64,000 nucleotides of DNA. Origin: Lama glama (lineage: Eukaryota). The stretch lies in the NCBI GenBank assembly GCA_028534125.1, contig CM052817.1, positions 79,300,001-79,364,000 on the forward strand, in the 5' to 3' direction. The position numbers were made by a program, and so were the translations under genes. Below the pieces are notes generated by a model, which worked only from the letters and a program-made list of their open reading frames with translations, was not told where the DNA came from and did no database searches. Below are positions 26,662 through 38,194 of the stretch, piece after piece. Position 1 is the stretch's first letter, and each line of letters opens with the position of its first letter.

Positions 26662-27953
26662 TTTTTAATCATCAAGTCACTCTGTGGCTTTATTTTACAT
26701 AATTTTCAAAATAGAAATTGTATATGTTTATAGTATACAATATGACGATTTGATATACATATACAGTTGATCTTTGAACAACACTGCTTTGAATTGTGTG
26801 GGTTCACCTGTACACATATTTTTAAAATAAATATATTGGAAAGACTTTTAGAGATTTATGACAATTTGAAAAAACTCACAGACAAACCATGTAGCCTAGA
26901 AATAATGAAAATACTAAGAAAAAGTTAGGCATGTCACAAATGAATAAAATATATAGAGATACTAGTCTATCTTTGCATAGCCATAAAATGAGTGATATTT
27001 AATAATAATATATTTAAGTAATTAAATATATTTAAATAATTAAATAATATACTTAAAATATATTTAATAATAATAATGTTAGTTTTCTTACTGTTTTATA
27101 ACTTTGCTTTCAAAGAATTACATTACTATGTAGTATGCCTGCCTCTCTCTCAACTGGAGAAACTGTCTATCAATCTATCATCACAGGTAATTGGTTTTAA
27201 AGAAAAAGTAGTAATGTTTCCAATACTGTATTATGAATATGGCATGGTAATACCGTGTGCCTTAAAAATTTTATAATGGTTGATTCATTAGTTTCTAGGC
27301 TAGTGAAGCAACCGTATGGATCACACCAGGCTACCATAAAGCAATCATATTGCTGCTTCTTTGTTATCAATGCATGTACATTATACCTGCAAAAAATTAT
27401 GAATTTTTCACATTATTTTTTCATTTTTGATGTTTAGTGTTAGCCATATGTATAATACCTACAGTGTTTTGTATCATACAATACGATACTGATGTAGGTA
27501 CTGACAGACAGATGAATCCTTTTGTGACAGATGAGTCCTTTTGTAACAGATGTCATAAGCCTATGGTATCAATAAATACAGTACAATACTGTGAATGTGT
27601 TTTCTCTTCTTTAGGATTTTCTTAATAACATGTTCTTTGGCTTACTTTATTGAAGGATACAATATACAATACATATAACATACAAAATATGTGTTAATCA
27701 ACTATTTATGCTATTGGCAAGGCTCTGATCAACAGTAGGCTACTAGTAATTAAGTTTAGGGGAGTCAAAAGTTAAACAGGGATTTTCGACGGTGCAGGGG
27801 AGTCGGCATCCCTAACCCCTGCATTGTTCAAGGGTCAACTGCACAAAGTGAAATGATTACTACAGTCAAGGTAATTAACATGTCTATCTCCTCACATAGT
27901 TACCTTTTGTGTGTATGTGCAATGAGAGAACCTGAAACCTACTCTCTTAGCAA
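26662..27953 (-). mobile_element. L1MA9-like 3' end, interrupted by Tigger2
   Basis: L1 3'UTR sequence resumes on both sides of the transposon (26690-26763 and 27842-27953). Confidence 0.75.
26764..27841. mobile_element. Tigger2-derived non-autonomous DNA transposon (Tc1/mariner-pogo)
   Basis: TIRs CAGTTGATCTTTGAACAA / TTGTTCAAGGGTCAACTG; TA target on the left, CA on the right. Confidence 0.85.
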
Positions 27954-28352
27954 ACAGCCAAGATATGGAAAAAACTTGTGTCACCTACTGATGAATAGAA
28001 AAAGAAACCGTGTGTGTGTGTGTGTGTGTGTGTGTGTACAATGTAATATTATTCAGCCTTCACAAAGGAGATCTTGCCATTTGTGACAATATGAAGGAAC
28101 CTGGAAGACATTAGGCTAAATGAAGTAAGCCAGACACAGAAAGAAAAAAACTTCATGATCTCACTTATACATGAAATCTAATAAAGTCAAATACATAAGA
28201 TGCAGAGTAGAACTGTAGTTACCAGAGGCTGAGAGGTGGGGGAAATGAGGAGATGCTGGTCAAAGGGTACACAGTTACAGTTACATAGGATGAATAAATC
28301 TATAGAGATTTATTGTAGAGCATGGGGACTTTGGTTAATAACACTATGTTGA
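27954..28352 (+). mobile_element. Inverted 5' segment of the same L1MA9-like element
   Basis: L1 ORF2-end/3'UTR in sense orientation (GCCAAGATATGGAA...GTAAGCCAGACACAGAAAG...GTCAAAGGGTAC), ending just before the consensus position where the minus-strand part begins. Confidence 0.75.
28010..28037. repeat. (GT)n microsatellite within L1
   Basis: Uninterrupted GT run. Confidence 0.9.
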
Positions 28353-28697
28353 CTACAGAAGCTCTATTATTGATTTGCTAAATAACCTTTAGAAATTGAC
28401 TTGACTTTACTGTGTACCAATTTTCTCATTTGCCAAATGACAAAACCTGCTTTAAAGAGGTGTAACTAAAGTTAATTTGTATAAATAACAGCATGAGGTA
28501 TTACGTAAACACAAATTACTGCTTTTATTATGACAAATTTTTGGCAGCACAAGAAAAACTAAACAAAATACACTCTTCCAGAAGCCTTTCTCTCCTAAAG
28601 ATAACAGCTGAGAAATCTAATGATTTTGTGCATGTGTGTTAATACATACAAAGGATTGATTCTTCTTACTAAAAGCAAACTCGCAAGTTTCTCTCTT

Positions 28698-28839
28698 ACA
28701 TTTTTTCCCCACTTTGGGGGAGGGAGGTAATTAGGTTTTTATTTACTTATTTATTTTTAATGGAGGTACCGGGGGTTAAATCCCAGCCATTGTGTATGCT
28801 AAGCACACAATCTACTACTAAGCTAAACCCTCCTCTGAG
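28698..28839 (-). mobile_element. Vic-1-type SINE (diverged)
   Basis: TSD AGTTTCTCTCTT at 28686-28697 and 28840-28851. Confidence 0.82.
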
Positions 28840-28899
28840 AGTTTCTCTCTTGATTTACTGAGTATTTGCCAATTCTGAGTCAATTCTTTTCTTTTATTG

Positions 28900-30000
28900 A
28901 AATTCTCTCTAGACATTCTTGTCTAAGTACAACCTGCTCCTTCACATTTTTCTGTGTCCTTTGCTTGCTCCTCTTTCTTTCTGCCCTCTAAACAAACAAA
29001 CAAAATTCCCTCAGAAAACTAGCCAGCCCCTCTTCGTATCTCTCTTCACATTCCTCCCTTGGATAGTATCATAAACTCACACAATTCACTAATGGTGTCA
29101 ATAGACAGTAGACTCTCACATTCTCCCAAGCTTCAAACTTGCATTTCTATCTTCCTGCTTGACACTTCTATCAGAACTGGCTGAAAAATCAGATCCTCCT
29201 CTTTATTATTTTCTTTTCAACAATGACCTCATGACCTTAGTCATCTACATCAAAATTACCAAGTCATCTCTGATCCTGCTTTCTCTTTAAAACCCTCATG
29301 GATAGGAGTTGCAAATTCCCATAGATTCCATCTGTGTGTTCCCTCTCCATTCCACCCCACCAGTCCTACACTATTACAGATCCTAATCTCAGCCTGGACA
29401 GCTACGATAGCCCCCTGATTTATTTATTCATATTCTGCCAACTGCCACTTCAATCCATCCTGTCCACAGAGTGGCTTTGATCAAACTATTGCTGCTATGA
29501 AACAATCGATGGCTCCCTACCGCCTCCCTTGACACACAAGATCCTCTACATTAATTCCCCAAACTAACACATCCAGCTAAATCTCACTGCTCTCCTACAC
29601 ATGCTCTGTGTTCCAACAAAACTCAGTTAATATTCTCTGGACATGTGTGGCATTTTGGAAGCAGGGGGGCTTGGATTAATTACCCACTCTGTCTCTGCTT
29701 CCTATCCTATTTATCTTTTAAGGCTCATAAGGTTTTCTTGATTTCTCCACAACCTTATGTTGCCCATTTCTCCTTTGCATTTGACTTTTCATAGTTCTAT
29801 CCTTGATGTATGTATTTATGCAAGAATTTTATTCTAACTAATAGTACAATTGTTCATGCCCAGTTTCATTTCAACCTCTCCCTTATGAGACTTAAAAGTC
29901 CTCAAGTGCAGTAAAGTTGTCATACTTGTCTTTATGGCTTGTTGTTCCTAGTCTGCACTTGGCACATGTAAATGCTTAAGGAATGTCTTTGAATGAAAAT
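28900..30000 (+). mobile_element. L2 3' fragment
   Basis: Pyrimidine-rich decayed L2 ending in CTTGGCACATGTAAATGCTTAAGGAATGTCTTTGAATGAA. Confidence 0.6.
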
Positions 30001-31252
30001 TCACAAGAATGCCCTTCAAATGCTTTTGGAGTTCATCAACCATATTTAATAACCAAAAACTTCAAGAATAAATTCATCTTGCCAGTAACATACTTCTTGG
30101 TCCTAGGTTTGCAAACAATTGGGAAAAAGGAAGTCTTGGTTTGAATCAATGGTTGAATTAAGAGTTCTAGCAAAGGATTAAAAAAAAAAAAGTCTTGTTA
30201 GTGCTAAAGCTGATGACACTTCCTTCCTAAGCTAGTCTGTTTAAAATTTCTGAATGGAATACTAGAACATGGAGCAGTGAAATGAGCAACAGGGTTCTGC
30301 TAAGGAATCTTTGTGGTTTAAAAGTGGGATTCATCCTGCTGAATGTTAAATTCGGCTGTTCTGTTCTGCCTACTGAAAATGACCCTGGGGCTTTGGTAGA
30401 CTGGGTATCCTTCTCCATTTCCATCCTAGGAGTGTATGTTCACTTTCTGGGCTATTAAACTGTGGCCATATTCCACTCAAAGATGGAATAAAGAGCTAAT
30501 CTGTGCTACAGATATTAAGTGCGTCTCTAAGGTTACCAAGTGACAGGACGCAAAGAAACATGAAGAGCTTGCTGCCCTGCTTCCAGAAGGAACATTTATT
30601 AACATGTATCTCCTCCAAATGACTGGGTCTTCTAGGTCGCTTCACAAAATAAGTACGCTACATTTACCTGTTGAATTTTGTAAAGTCGGCAGATAGGAAA
30701 AACGTTCGTTCTATTACCAGTTAGACAGCAAGTCTACAATAGAATTTGTCCCAATGCTTTGTGTAATTGACCTCAAGCTTCAAAAAGCAAAGTGTGGAAC
30801 CTCTGCTTCACCCTACTTCCTCAGATAAGAATGCTCTGGTGTCCCTTATAGTGGGGATTTAAGATAAAACAAAAAAAATAAATAAATAAAAGAATTAAGA
30901 AATTCAAAAAAACCAAACTGGCAAAAGGAAAAATGGACAATCTGTTTAAAACCTTAGGTGAGGCGGGAAGAGAGCTAGCCGCGCTTTAATCCCAAAGGAC
31001 ATACCTTCCCTCCATTTCCTGGGCCTGTTCCACTCCAGGCTAATCTTCAGCAGTAATTGAACCTCGTCTGCATGCGTTGCTCATTTTCAATCAGAGACCT
31101 TCCCTAGGCGATCTACTCCCAGACACTGATTTCTGTTTTCTGTAAGCAAGTCCGGCCGAGCCAGGTGCGGGCTCTCAGCCAGATAAGCAGCACGAGATCA
31201 GGTCGGTTCGGGGTCGCCCCAGAGGTCTCGCACGCGGGCTATGCACAGCACG

Positions 31253-31271
31253 TGGGCAGCAGGGGGCGCTG
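31253..31271 (+). promoter_or_regulatory. CTCF-like site at intronic edge of the CpG island
   Basis: TGGGCAGCAGGGGGCGCTG has one mismatch to the CCASYAGRKGGCRS core; adjacent E-box CACGTG at 31249-31254. Confidence 0.6.
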
Positions 31272-32309
31272 CAGAACCTCCGTCCCTTCCCGGGAAAACT
31301 AGTTACCCGCCCAGGCGGTGAGTGCCGCCCGCCAAGACTGGCCCCAAGTCCTCTACCTATCCGTGCGTTTTTCCTAAAAAAAAAGACAGTGAACTTCGCG
31401 ACACGCCCAAGGTACGTGACAAAAGAAATAGAGAGCATGCACCCCCTATACAACTAACCACCCTCTTTTTCATCTCTCTGCGTCTCGCAGCTGGTTAAAG
31501 GCTATTTCCAAAATCTGGAAATTAAGAAAAAGTTGCTCTTCCTCACACATTAAAGCGCCGACCTCTACTTTCCTTTAAAAAAGAAACAGCTACTGCCCCT
31601 CAGCCGCCTGGGAACTACAACCAAGTTCCGGAGGCCGCCCCTCGCCCACTCTCTCCCCGAGAGACCCGCTGGGGCTTCGGCTCCAGTTTTCCCCCCAACT
31701 GTAAATGGACCGTCGGGAAAAGAGGCGACAGGGCGAACCTTCAGCCCACACTCGGTATCGCACACGGTCCCCTCCCTTCTCATTCTCGACGGCCCGGAGC
31801 GTCGGAGGCGACTCGGGTTCCCAGGGTGGGGCCACGCGGGACGCCGCGGAGGAGGTCGGGGTTCGAGTGCGCGCCTGGGTCTAAGCACACCTTCCCCTTC
31901 ATTGACCTCCCGGGGTAAGCTCGGGGGCCCCGGGGTCCTTTTATCCGCGGGGCCCTCCGACTATGGGGTAGCGGTGCGCGGCTCCTTGGTTACAGGAGAG
32001 CAGGCGTTCGCTTACTGGAAAGCTTGTTTGGCGTCCGTCGTGTCAGTCGGCGGGGCTGTTCCGCGCGCTCGAGGCTCGAGCCGGCACATACCCCGGCCAC
32101 GCCTTCGGTGACCCCCCAAGTCCCTCCACAAAGCAGGACCAAGGGGGCGAGACCCCGGCCTAGGTCTACCCTCAAGTCGCCCCGAATATAACTGCCGTGG
32201 AGGGTGGGCTCTGGGGGTCCGGGATACATTGCGGGACGGCCGGGGGCGAGCCTACCCGCCCCAGCCCTGTCCTCTCGAGGCGCGGGGCCGCGGCCGGCCG
32301 GGTACTCAC

Positions 32310-32524
32310 ATGTCGGGCCCCGGGGAGCAGGGCGGCGGGCAGTAGCCGTGAGGTTCCCGCTGCAAGGGCGCCAAGCGCGGCTCCAGCCCCCCGTTGACGC
32401 CCCTCCAGCCCCGCCGGCGGCGCTGCGGCTCCGCGCCTTGGTCCTCGCCCTCCTCCTCCTCCTCCTCCGGCGCGGGGAAGGTCACCCTCGCTTGCTCCTT
32501 GCACTTCCTGACCTTGGTGGACAT
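32310..32524 (-). CDS. TRPC3: TRPC3 coding exon 1 (long, TRPC3a-type N-terminus)
   Basis: Translates MSTKVRKCKEQARVTFPAPEEEEEEGEDQGAEPQRRRRGWRGVNGGLEP..., matching the recalled TRPC3 long-isoform N-terminus. ATG at 32524 in GCGATG context; donor AT|GTGAGT at 32309; 215 nt, phase 2. Confidence 0.96.
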
Positions 32525-32568
32525 CGCGCCGGCCGCGGCCCCAGCGCCGGGATGCCGGCTGCTGGCCT

Positions 32569-32595
32569 CCGCCGCCGCCGCCGCCGCCGCCGCCG
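32569..32595 (-). repeat. (CGG)9 trinucleotide repeat in TRPC3 5' leader
   Basis: Nine uninterrupted CCG units on the + strand, ending 45 nt upstream of the exon 1 ATG. Confidence 0.95.
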
Positions 32596-33989
32596 CGCGG
32601 TCTCCCCGCGGCGCCCCTTCCCCACCTCCCGCGGCTCCTGCAGTCCCGGGCGGGCCCGGGCCGAGAGGCAGGAAGACAGAACCGTGCGGCCCGAGACCGA
32701 GCAGTTAGAGGCGGGAACCAAAGCAGAGTCGCCGCCGCCGCCCACCATCAAACCGTGGGGGCAGCCGCTGCGCCCGTGGCTGCGAGGAGGGAGCCCGGGG
32801 CCGAGCCGGGAGCTGGTGCTGGGAAAGGCTCTCCCGCCCCGCGGCGGCGAGGGCGATGCCTCCTCGGTGCCCGTCTCCTGTCTCCGACAGCATCACTTGC
32901 TAGGACAGTACCGTTACTCAGGAGAGAGAGGGAGGGAGGGAGTGAGGGGGAGAGGAGGGGAAGAATCAATTCCTTATCAGACAGTGAGAGCTGGAGAGGA
33001 AATCAGACAAACCAGCAGGTAGGGAGTAAGGAAATCAGAGAAACTTCCCTCCCCGTCCTCCCATTCCTCTTCCAAAAGAGCCCTTTTCCATTTACAGATA
33101 CAAGTTTCCTAATGAGGGGAAATGGAAATCGTCTGGCTTGTTCATTTTCCTGCATTCGTATTTATCCTATATAACTTTATATTTGTTTCATTTGTTGTTT
33201 GATGTTTCTAAAGCATCGTTTGTTCGTCGTGTTGATTTAGTTGAACCCACAGAGGTTTAAGTACGTTCCCCTGAGTTTTTGTACCCCAAGAATGGTGATG
33301 TTTTAATCATGCTTGGTGCCGTAGGGTTTTTTTTATGAATCCCCAAAGCGACTAACAAGATTTATGTACTTTTTTCAAGACATATTTTCCAGCAAAATTT
33401 AAAGTATCTCTTTTAAAACTTAAAAATTGCATTTTAAAATTCAAGAGCAGTATATCTTCTGGGAGAAACAGACTCATGGAATTTTAGTCAGAAGAAGTTT
33501 TAGGGATCAAAGTATTTATCCCTCGTTTGAGAAATAACACTGAGGCTTAGAGAGACTGCTTAAACTATTCGAGGTAGTGAAAAAACTCGTTAGAATTAGG
33601 TGAGTGTATTTTCCAAAGCTTTCTGTTGCTTCAGATGAATAGCTGTACAGCAAGTTCAACTTGGAAGAATCACAAAAATACCAGATATGCTACAATGAAA
33701 TAAAATAAGATACTCATTTTTAACTGTATTCAATTATACTATATTTTTGAAGAGTAATTCTTCTCGAATTTAAACAAAACACAAGGAAAATTAGCTCTTT
33801 TGAACTATAGTCTTAAAAAGTAAATAATACACTGTGTGTTTTATTAAGATGATAATGTCTGTATGTTTAAGGAAGCAATGATGGTTATTTACATATCTGG
33901 TACAGAAAAAACAAATAAGTAGTATTAGTGCTTTACAGTTGGAAGCACCTTTCCCATACCAGTACATAAAGAAGTGTTAAAATCCTCAC

Positions 33990-34752
33990 AATGCAAGTTT
34001 GCAGACCCCTTCAATTCCACCTTTGAACTACCTCTAAAGCAGGTCTGCTTTTCCCACTCCAAAACTACTGTTTCATTTCAGGCTCCCATGGTCCTCCCTG
34101 CCGTCTGGTCTTTCTGTAGCCCCCCTGTCCCCACACCACTTCATCCTCCACACTACTAGAGAGACCATGATCAGAGCAAGTCTGATCATGATTTTTCACT
34201 GTAAAAATCTCTAGTGGCTTCCCACTGCTTTCAGGTTAAAATCCAAATTTGGCTTGCCTGGCCCTTTGTGGTCTGACCCTAATTCTTCAGTCTCTCCTCC
34301 CATCCTCCCTCATATGCATCCTAACTTCACTTACCCTGAACTTCCCATTCATCCCTTGGCATTCCAGCCACTCTCCCATTTCACAGCCTTGGTCTGTGGT
34401 ATTACTGTCACTGAAGCATCTCTCTCCCCTCATCCACCCTGCACACTTTTACTTTTCCCTAAAGACCTACATTAGATGTGCCTCCAATCTGATACCCCTC
34501 CTGTGTGCCAGCGTATTTCCCACAGCCCTTGGTCCTCACGCAAGGCACTCTGTGTATACCACAATCTTACCACTAGTCACAGCATTGACATGAACTCTTC
34601 ACGGGTCTGTTTCCTTTTGAGACTGTGAATTCCTTAAGGATAGTTTGGGGTCTTTTTATTTTGAGCTACTTGGGAGTTTATCTTTTTGTCTTTGCATTTA
34701 GCTCAGTGCCTGGTGTGCAGGACAAGTGCAATACATGTTTGCTGAATGAATT
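33990..34752 (+). mobile_element. L2 3' fragment
   Basis: GTGGCTTCCCACTGC..AAAATCCAAA; ends CAGTGCCTGG...TGTTTGCTGAATGAAT. Confidence 0.65.
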
Positions 34753-34872
34753 CAGGAAGTCTACAGGTTCTTTATATTATGTTTACAGGCATATGAACTG
34801 CTTTTATGAGGCTCTGGATGGGGAATAGAGAACAGAGGAGTGCCAGAGTCACGAGGCTTTACTCTTAGATAC

Positions 34873-35256
34873 CATATGAGTTTGCTAGGGCTGCTGGAAC
34901 AAAGGATCACAGATTGGATGGCTTAAACAACAGAAATTTGTTTTCTGACAATTCTGGGGGCTGGAAGTCTGAGATCAAGATGTCGGCAGGGTTGGTTTCT
35001 TCTGAGGCCTCTCTCCTTGACTGTCTTCTCCCTGAGTCTTCATTTGGTCTTCCCTCGGTGTCTGTGTCCTCATCTCTTCTGATAAGGACACAAGTCAGAT
35101 TGGATTACAGCCCACATAATGACCTCATTTTTAGCTTAATTACTTCTTTTACTTCTTTGAAGACTGTATCTCCAAATACAGTCACATTCTGAGGTGCTGG
35201 TGATTAGGACTTCAGCATATGAATTGGGGGAGGGAGGCCCAGGTCAGCCCACAACA
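34873..35256 (-). mobile_element. MLT1B-like MaLR LTR
   Basis: GGCTTAAACAACAGAAATTTG...GGAAGTCTGAGATCAAG...CAAATACAGTCACATTCTGAGGT. Confidence 0.85.
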
Positions 35257-35317
35257 CAGACTCTCTCCTGGGCTTAGAAAACTGTTCCATCCAGAGACTG
35301 CTAACATTTTTATTCTT

Positions 35318-35397
35318 TTTTTTTAAATGGAGGTAATTGAACACAGGACCTTGTGCATGCTAAGCATGTACTCTACCACTGAGCTATACCTCCCCTG
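35318..35397 (-). mobile_element. Vic-1-type SINE, short tail with small deletion next to B box
   Basis: Perfect 13-bp TSD CATTTTTATTCTT at 35305-35317 and 35398-35410. Confidence 0.88.
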
Positions 35398-36109
35398 CAT
35401 TTTTATTCTTAAGAAGTGCAGCTATGAGATTAATGAAAACCCAGAGGAGAAGAAATCCAAAAGACAGGAGGTTCTTAGAAGAGAGAGGAAACATGGACCA
35501 CCTTGGCATAAGCCTGCTTTGGCCTTTTCTTCTTTTGTAAAAGAGAGTCTATCACTGCATATATGTTGTTGGCTGTCTATGTACTTGTAAAATAAGTGTT
35601 TGCCTAACATACATTCAAAATCCATTACTCCTGTGGCGAATAACAACAACAAAATCGATATTCAATATTCAGAAAATCCAATTGTTGAAGCAGGTTATTT
35701 TCAAGTAGAGGTGTGTGGCCACTGAAGCATAAGAGAAACGTAACTTTCATGGTAAGTCCAAATTAAATAAGAGCGACTTGTAAAACATAGTAACAGAAGA
35801 TGGATTCCAAGTTCCTCCTAAGTCTCTAAGAAATGCTGTACTTTCTTTAAATCCTGTTTCACACACGGTGGAAGGCTCTGTTCTCTGTCTCTCTGTCTTC
35901 TCTCTCTCTCTTCCTCCAGGGCTGTCTGTAACACACCTAATAAGAAGATACTGTTGAACAGTAATTCTTGCACCCTAGGATGGAGGTTAGACTTAGCAAT
36001 TTTCTCAAGGGAGCAAGAGCATGGAAGCAGGTATAATGTTCCAAACAGTGCACATTTTTTTCATCTTTAAGAATAAAAGTTCTTTTATAAGTGGATTTTG
36101 CTTTGCTTT

Positions 36110-37186
36110 AAAAAATTAGACTTTAGTTTTTAGAGCAGTTTTAGATTCACAGCAGAAATGAGGGCAAGGTATGGAGAGTTCCCATATACCCCTGACCCTG
36201 ACGCAGGCATAACCTTCCCCATTATCAACACCCCCCCCCCAGAGCAGTACATCTGCTACCACTGATGAACCTACGTTGACATATTTTTATCACGCAGGGT
36301 CCATAGTTTACATTACAGATCACTTTTGGTGTTGTCCATTCTATGGGTTTGGACAAATTTATAATGACATATTCCATCACACAGAGTAGTTTCACCACCC
36401 TAAAATCCTCTGTGCTTTGCCTATTCATCCCACCCTCCTGCCTAACCCCTGGCAACCACTGATCTTTTTATTGTCTCTATAGTTTTGCCTTTTCCAGAAT
36501 GTCATACAGTTGGAATTATACAGCCTTTTCAGATTGGCTTTTTTCAGTCAGTGATAGGTATTTACATTTTCATCGTGTCCTTTCATGGCTTGGTAGTTCA
36601 TTTCTTTTTAGCACTGAATAATATTCCATTATCTGAACGCAGTACAGTTTATTTATCGATTCACCTACTGAAGGACATCTTGGTTGCTTGCAAATTTTGG
36701 CAATTATGAATAAAGCTGCTATAAACATCTGTGTGCAGGTTTTTGTGTGGACATAAGTTTTCAACTCCTTTGGGTAAATACCAAGGAGTACGATTATTGG
36801 ATATAGTAAAAGTATGTTTAGTTTTATAAGGACCTTCAAACTGTCTTTCTGAATGACTGTACCATTTTGCATTTCCACCAGCATTGAAATAGAGTTCCTG
36901 TTGTTCCATGTCCTTGCCAGCATTTGGTGTTGTCAGTGGTCTGAATTTTGGCCATTCTAATAGGTGTGTAGTGGTATCTCGTTGTTGTTATAATTTGAAT
37001 TTCCCTGATGAGGTATAATATGGAGCATCTTTTCATATGCTTGTTTGCCATCTGTGTGACTTTGGTAAGGTGTCTGTGGAGATCTTTGGCCCATTTTTAA
37101 TCTGGTTGTTTTCTTATGGTTGAGTTTTAAGAGTTCTTTGTATATTTTGGATAATGGTCCTTTATCAGATATGTTTTTTGCAAATA
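36110..37186 (-). mobile_element. L1MC1-like 3' end and ORF2 C-terminal remnant
   Basis: TTTTTAGAGCAGTTTTAGATTCACAGC...; ORF track peptides (LLGIYPKELKTYVHTKTCTQMFIAALFIIAK; MANKHMKRCS..YHYTPIRMAKI) are decayed L1 ORF2. Confidence 0.88.
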
Positions 37187-37983
37187 CAGCATCTCCCTCT
37201 TAACCACAGTTCAATTTTCCATGGTTTGAAAATATTAAACAGAAAATTTCAGAAAACAAACAATTCATAAGCTTGAAATTGCTCCCTTTTCTGAGTAGCG
37301 TGGTGAAATCTCACACCATCCCCCTCAGGATGTGACTCATCCTTTTATCCAGTGTATTCCGTTCGTCACTTAATAGCCATCTCAGTTATTAGGTCCACTA
37401 TAGTGGTATCACAGTACTTGTATTGCGTTCAAGTCACCCTTATGTAACTTGATAGTGGCCCCAAAGCACAAGGGTAGTGATGCTGGAAATTTGGATATGC
37501 CAAAGAGAAACTATAAGCCAAAAGTTCTTGCCTTAAGGAAAGGAAAAAAGTTTGCTAAGATTACATACGATAAGAACGAATCCTCTATCCATGAAATTGT
37601 GAGGAAAGAATAAAAAATTGATGCTAGTTTTTCTGTCGCACTTCAGACTGCAAAAGTTATAGCCACCACATGTGGTAAGTGCTTAGTTAAGATGAAAAAG
37701 GCATTAAATTTGTACAATAAGCTATTTTAAGAGAGAGACCACATTTACATAACTTTTATCACAGTATGTTGTTATAATTGTTCTGCTCTATTAGTTATTG
37801 TTGTCAGTTTCTTACTGGGTCTAATTGATTAATTAAAGTTTAATTTAAAATTAAACTTTATGATAGGTATGTATAAGAAAAAACTTAGTGTATATAAGTA
37901 TATAGGATTGGGTACTATTCATGGTTTCGGGCATCCAGTGGGGGTCTTGGAATGTATCGTTCAAGGACAATGGAGGACTACTG
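37187..37983 (+). mobile_element. MER44/Tigger7-derived DNA transposon nested in L1
   Basis: TA|CAGCATCTCCCTCTTAACC...GGAGGACTACTG|CA ends; internal CTGAGTAGCGTGGTGAAATCTC; L1 sequence resumes after 37985. Confidence 0.8.
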
Positions 37984-38034
37984 CATTTTCTCTGTGGCTT
38001 GCCCTTATGCTCTTAATTCTTTGCTTTTTAAGTA

Positions 38035-38194
38035 CTTTTTTTCTTTGTTTGTTTGTTTTGGGGGGGATTCGGTTTGTTTGTTTGTTTGTTTGTTTGTTTA
38101 TTTATTTATTTAATGGAGGTACTGGGGATTGAACCCTGGACGTCATGCACGCTAAGCACACACTCTACCACTGGTCTACTACACTCCCCCCACC
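38035..38194 (-). mobile_element. Vic-1-type SINE with (TTTG)n tail
   Basis: Same head; imperfect flanking repeat CTT(A/G)ATTCTTTGCT. Confidence 0.85.

Larger units (their letters stand above)
31140..32920. promoter_or_regulatory. TRPC3: CpG island covering TRPC3 promoter/5'UTR, exon 1 and start of intron 1
   Basis: Very high GC and CpG density against AT-rich flanks; contains exon 1. TSS cannot be fixed from sequence and is probably near 32900. Confidence 0.9.

Noticed and set aside
31175..33174. Many long overlapping ORFs in the CpG island (e.g. 272 aa at 32204-33022)
   Set aside because: Stop-codon depletion in GC-rich DNA; low-complexity Arg/Pro/Gly/Ala sequence.
36570..37051. ORFs with protein-like sequence
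   Set aside because: Frameshifted L1 ORF2 C-terminal remnants, not a host gene.
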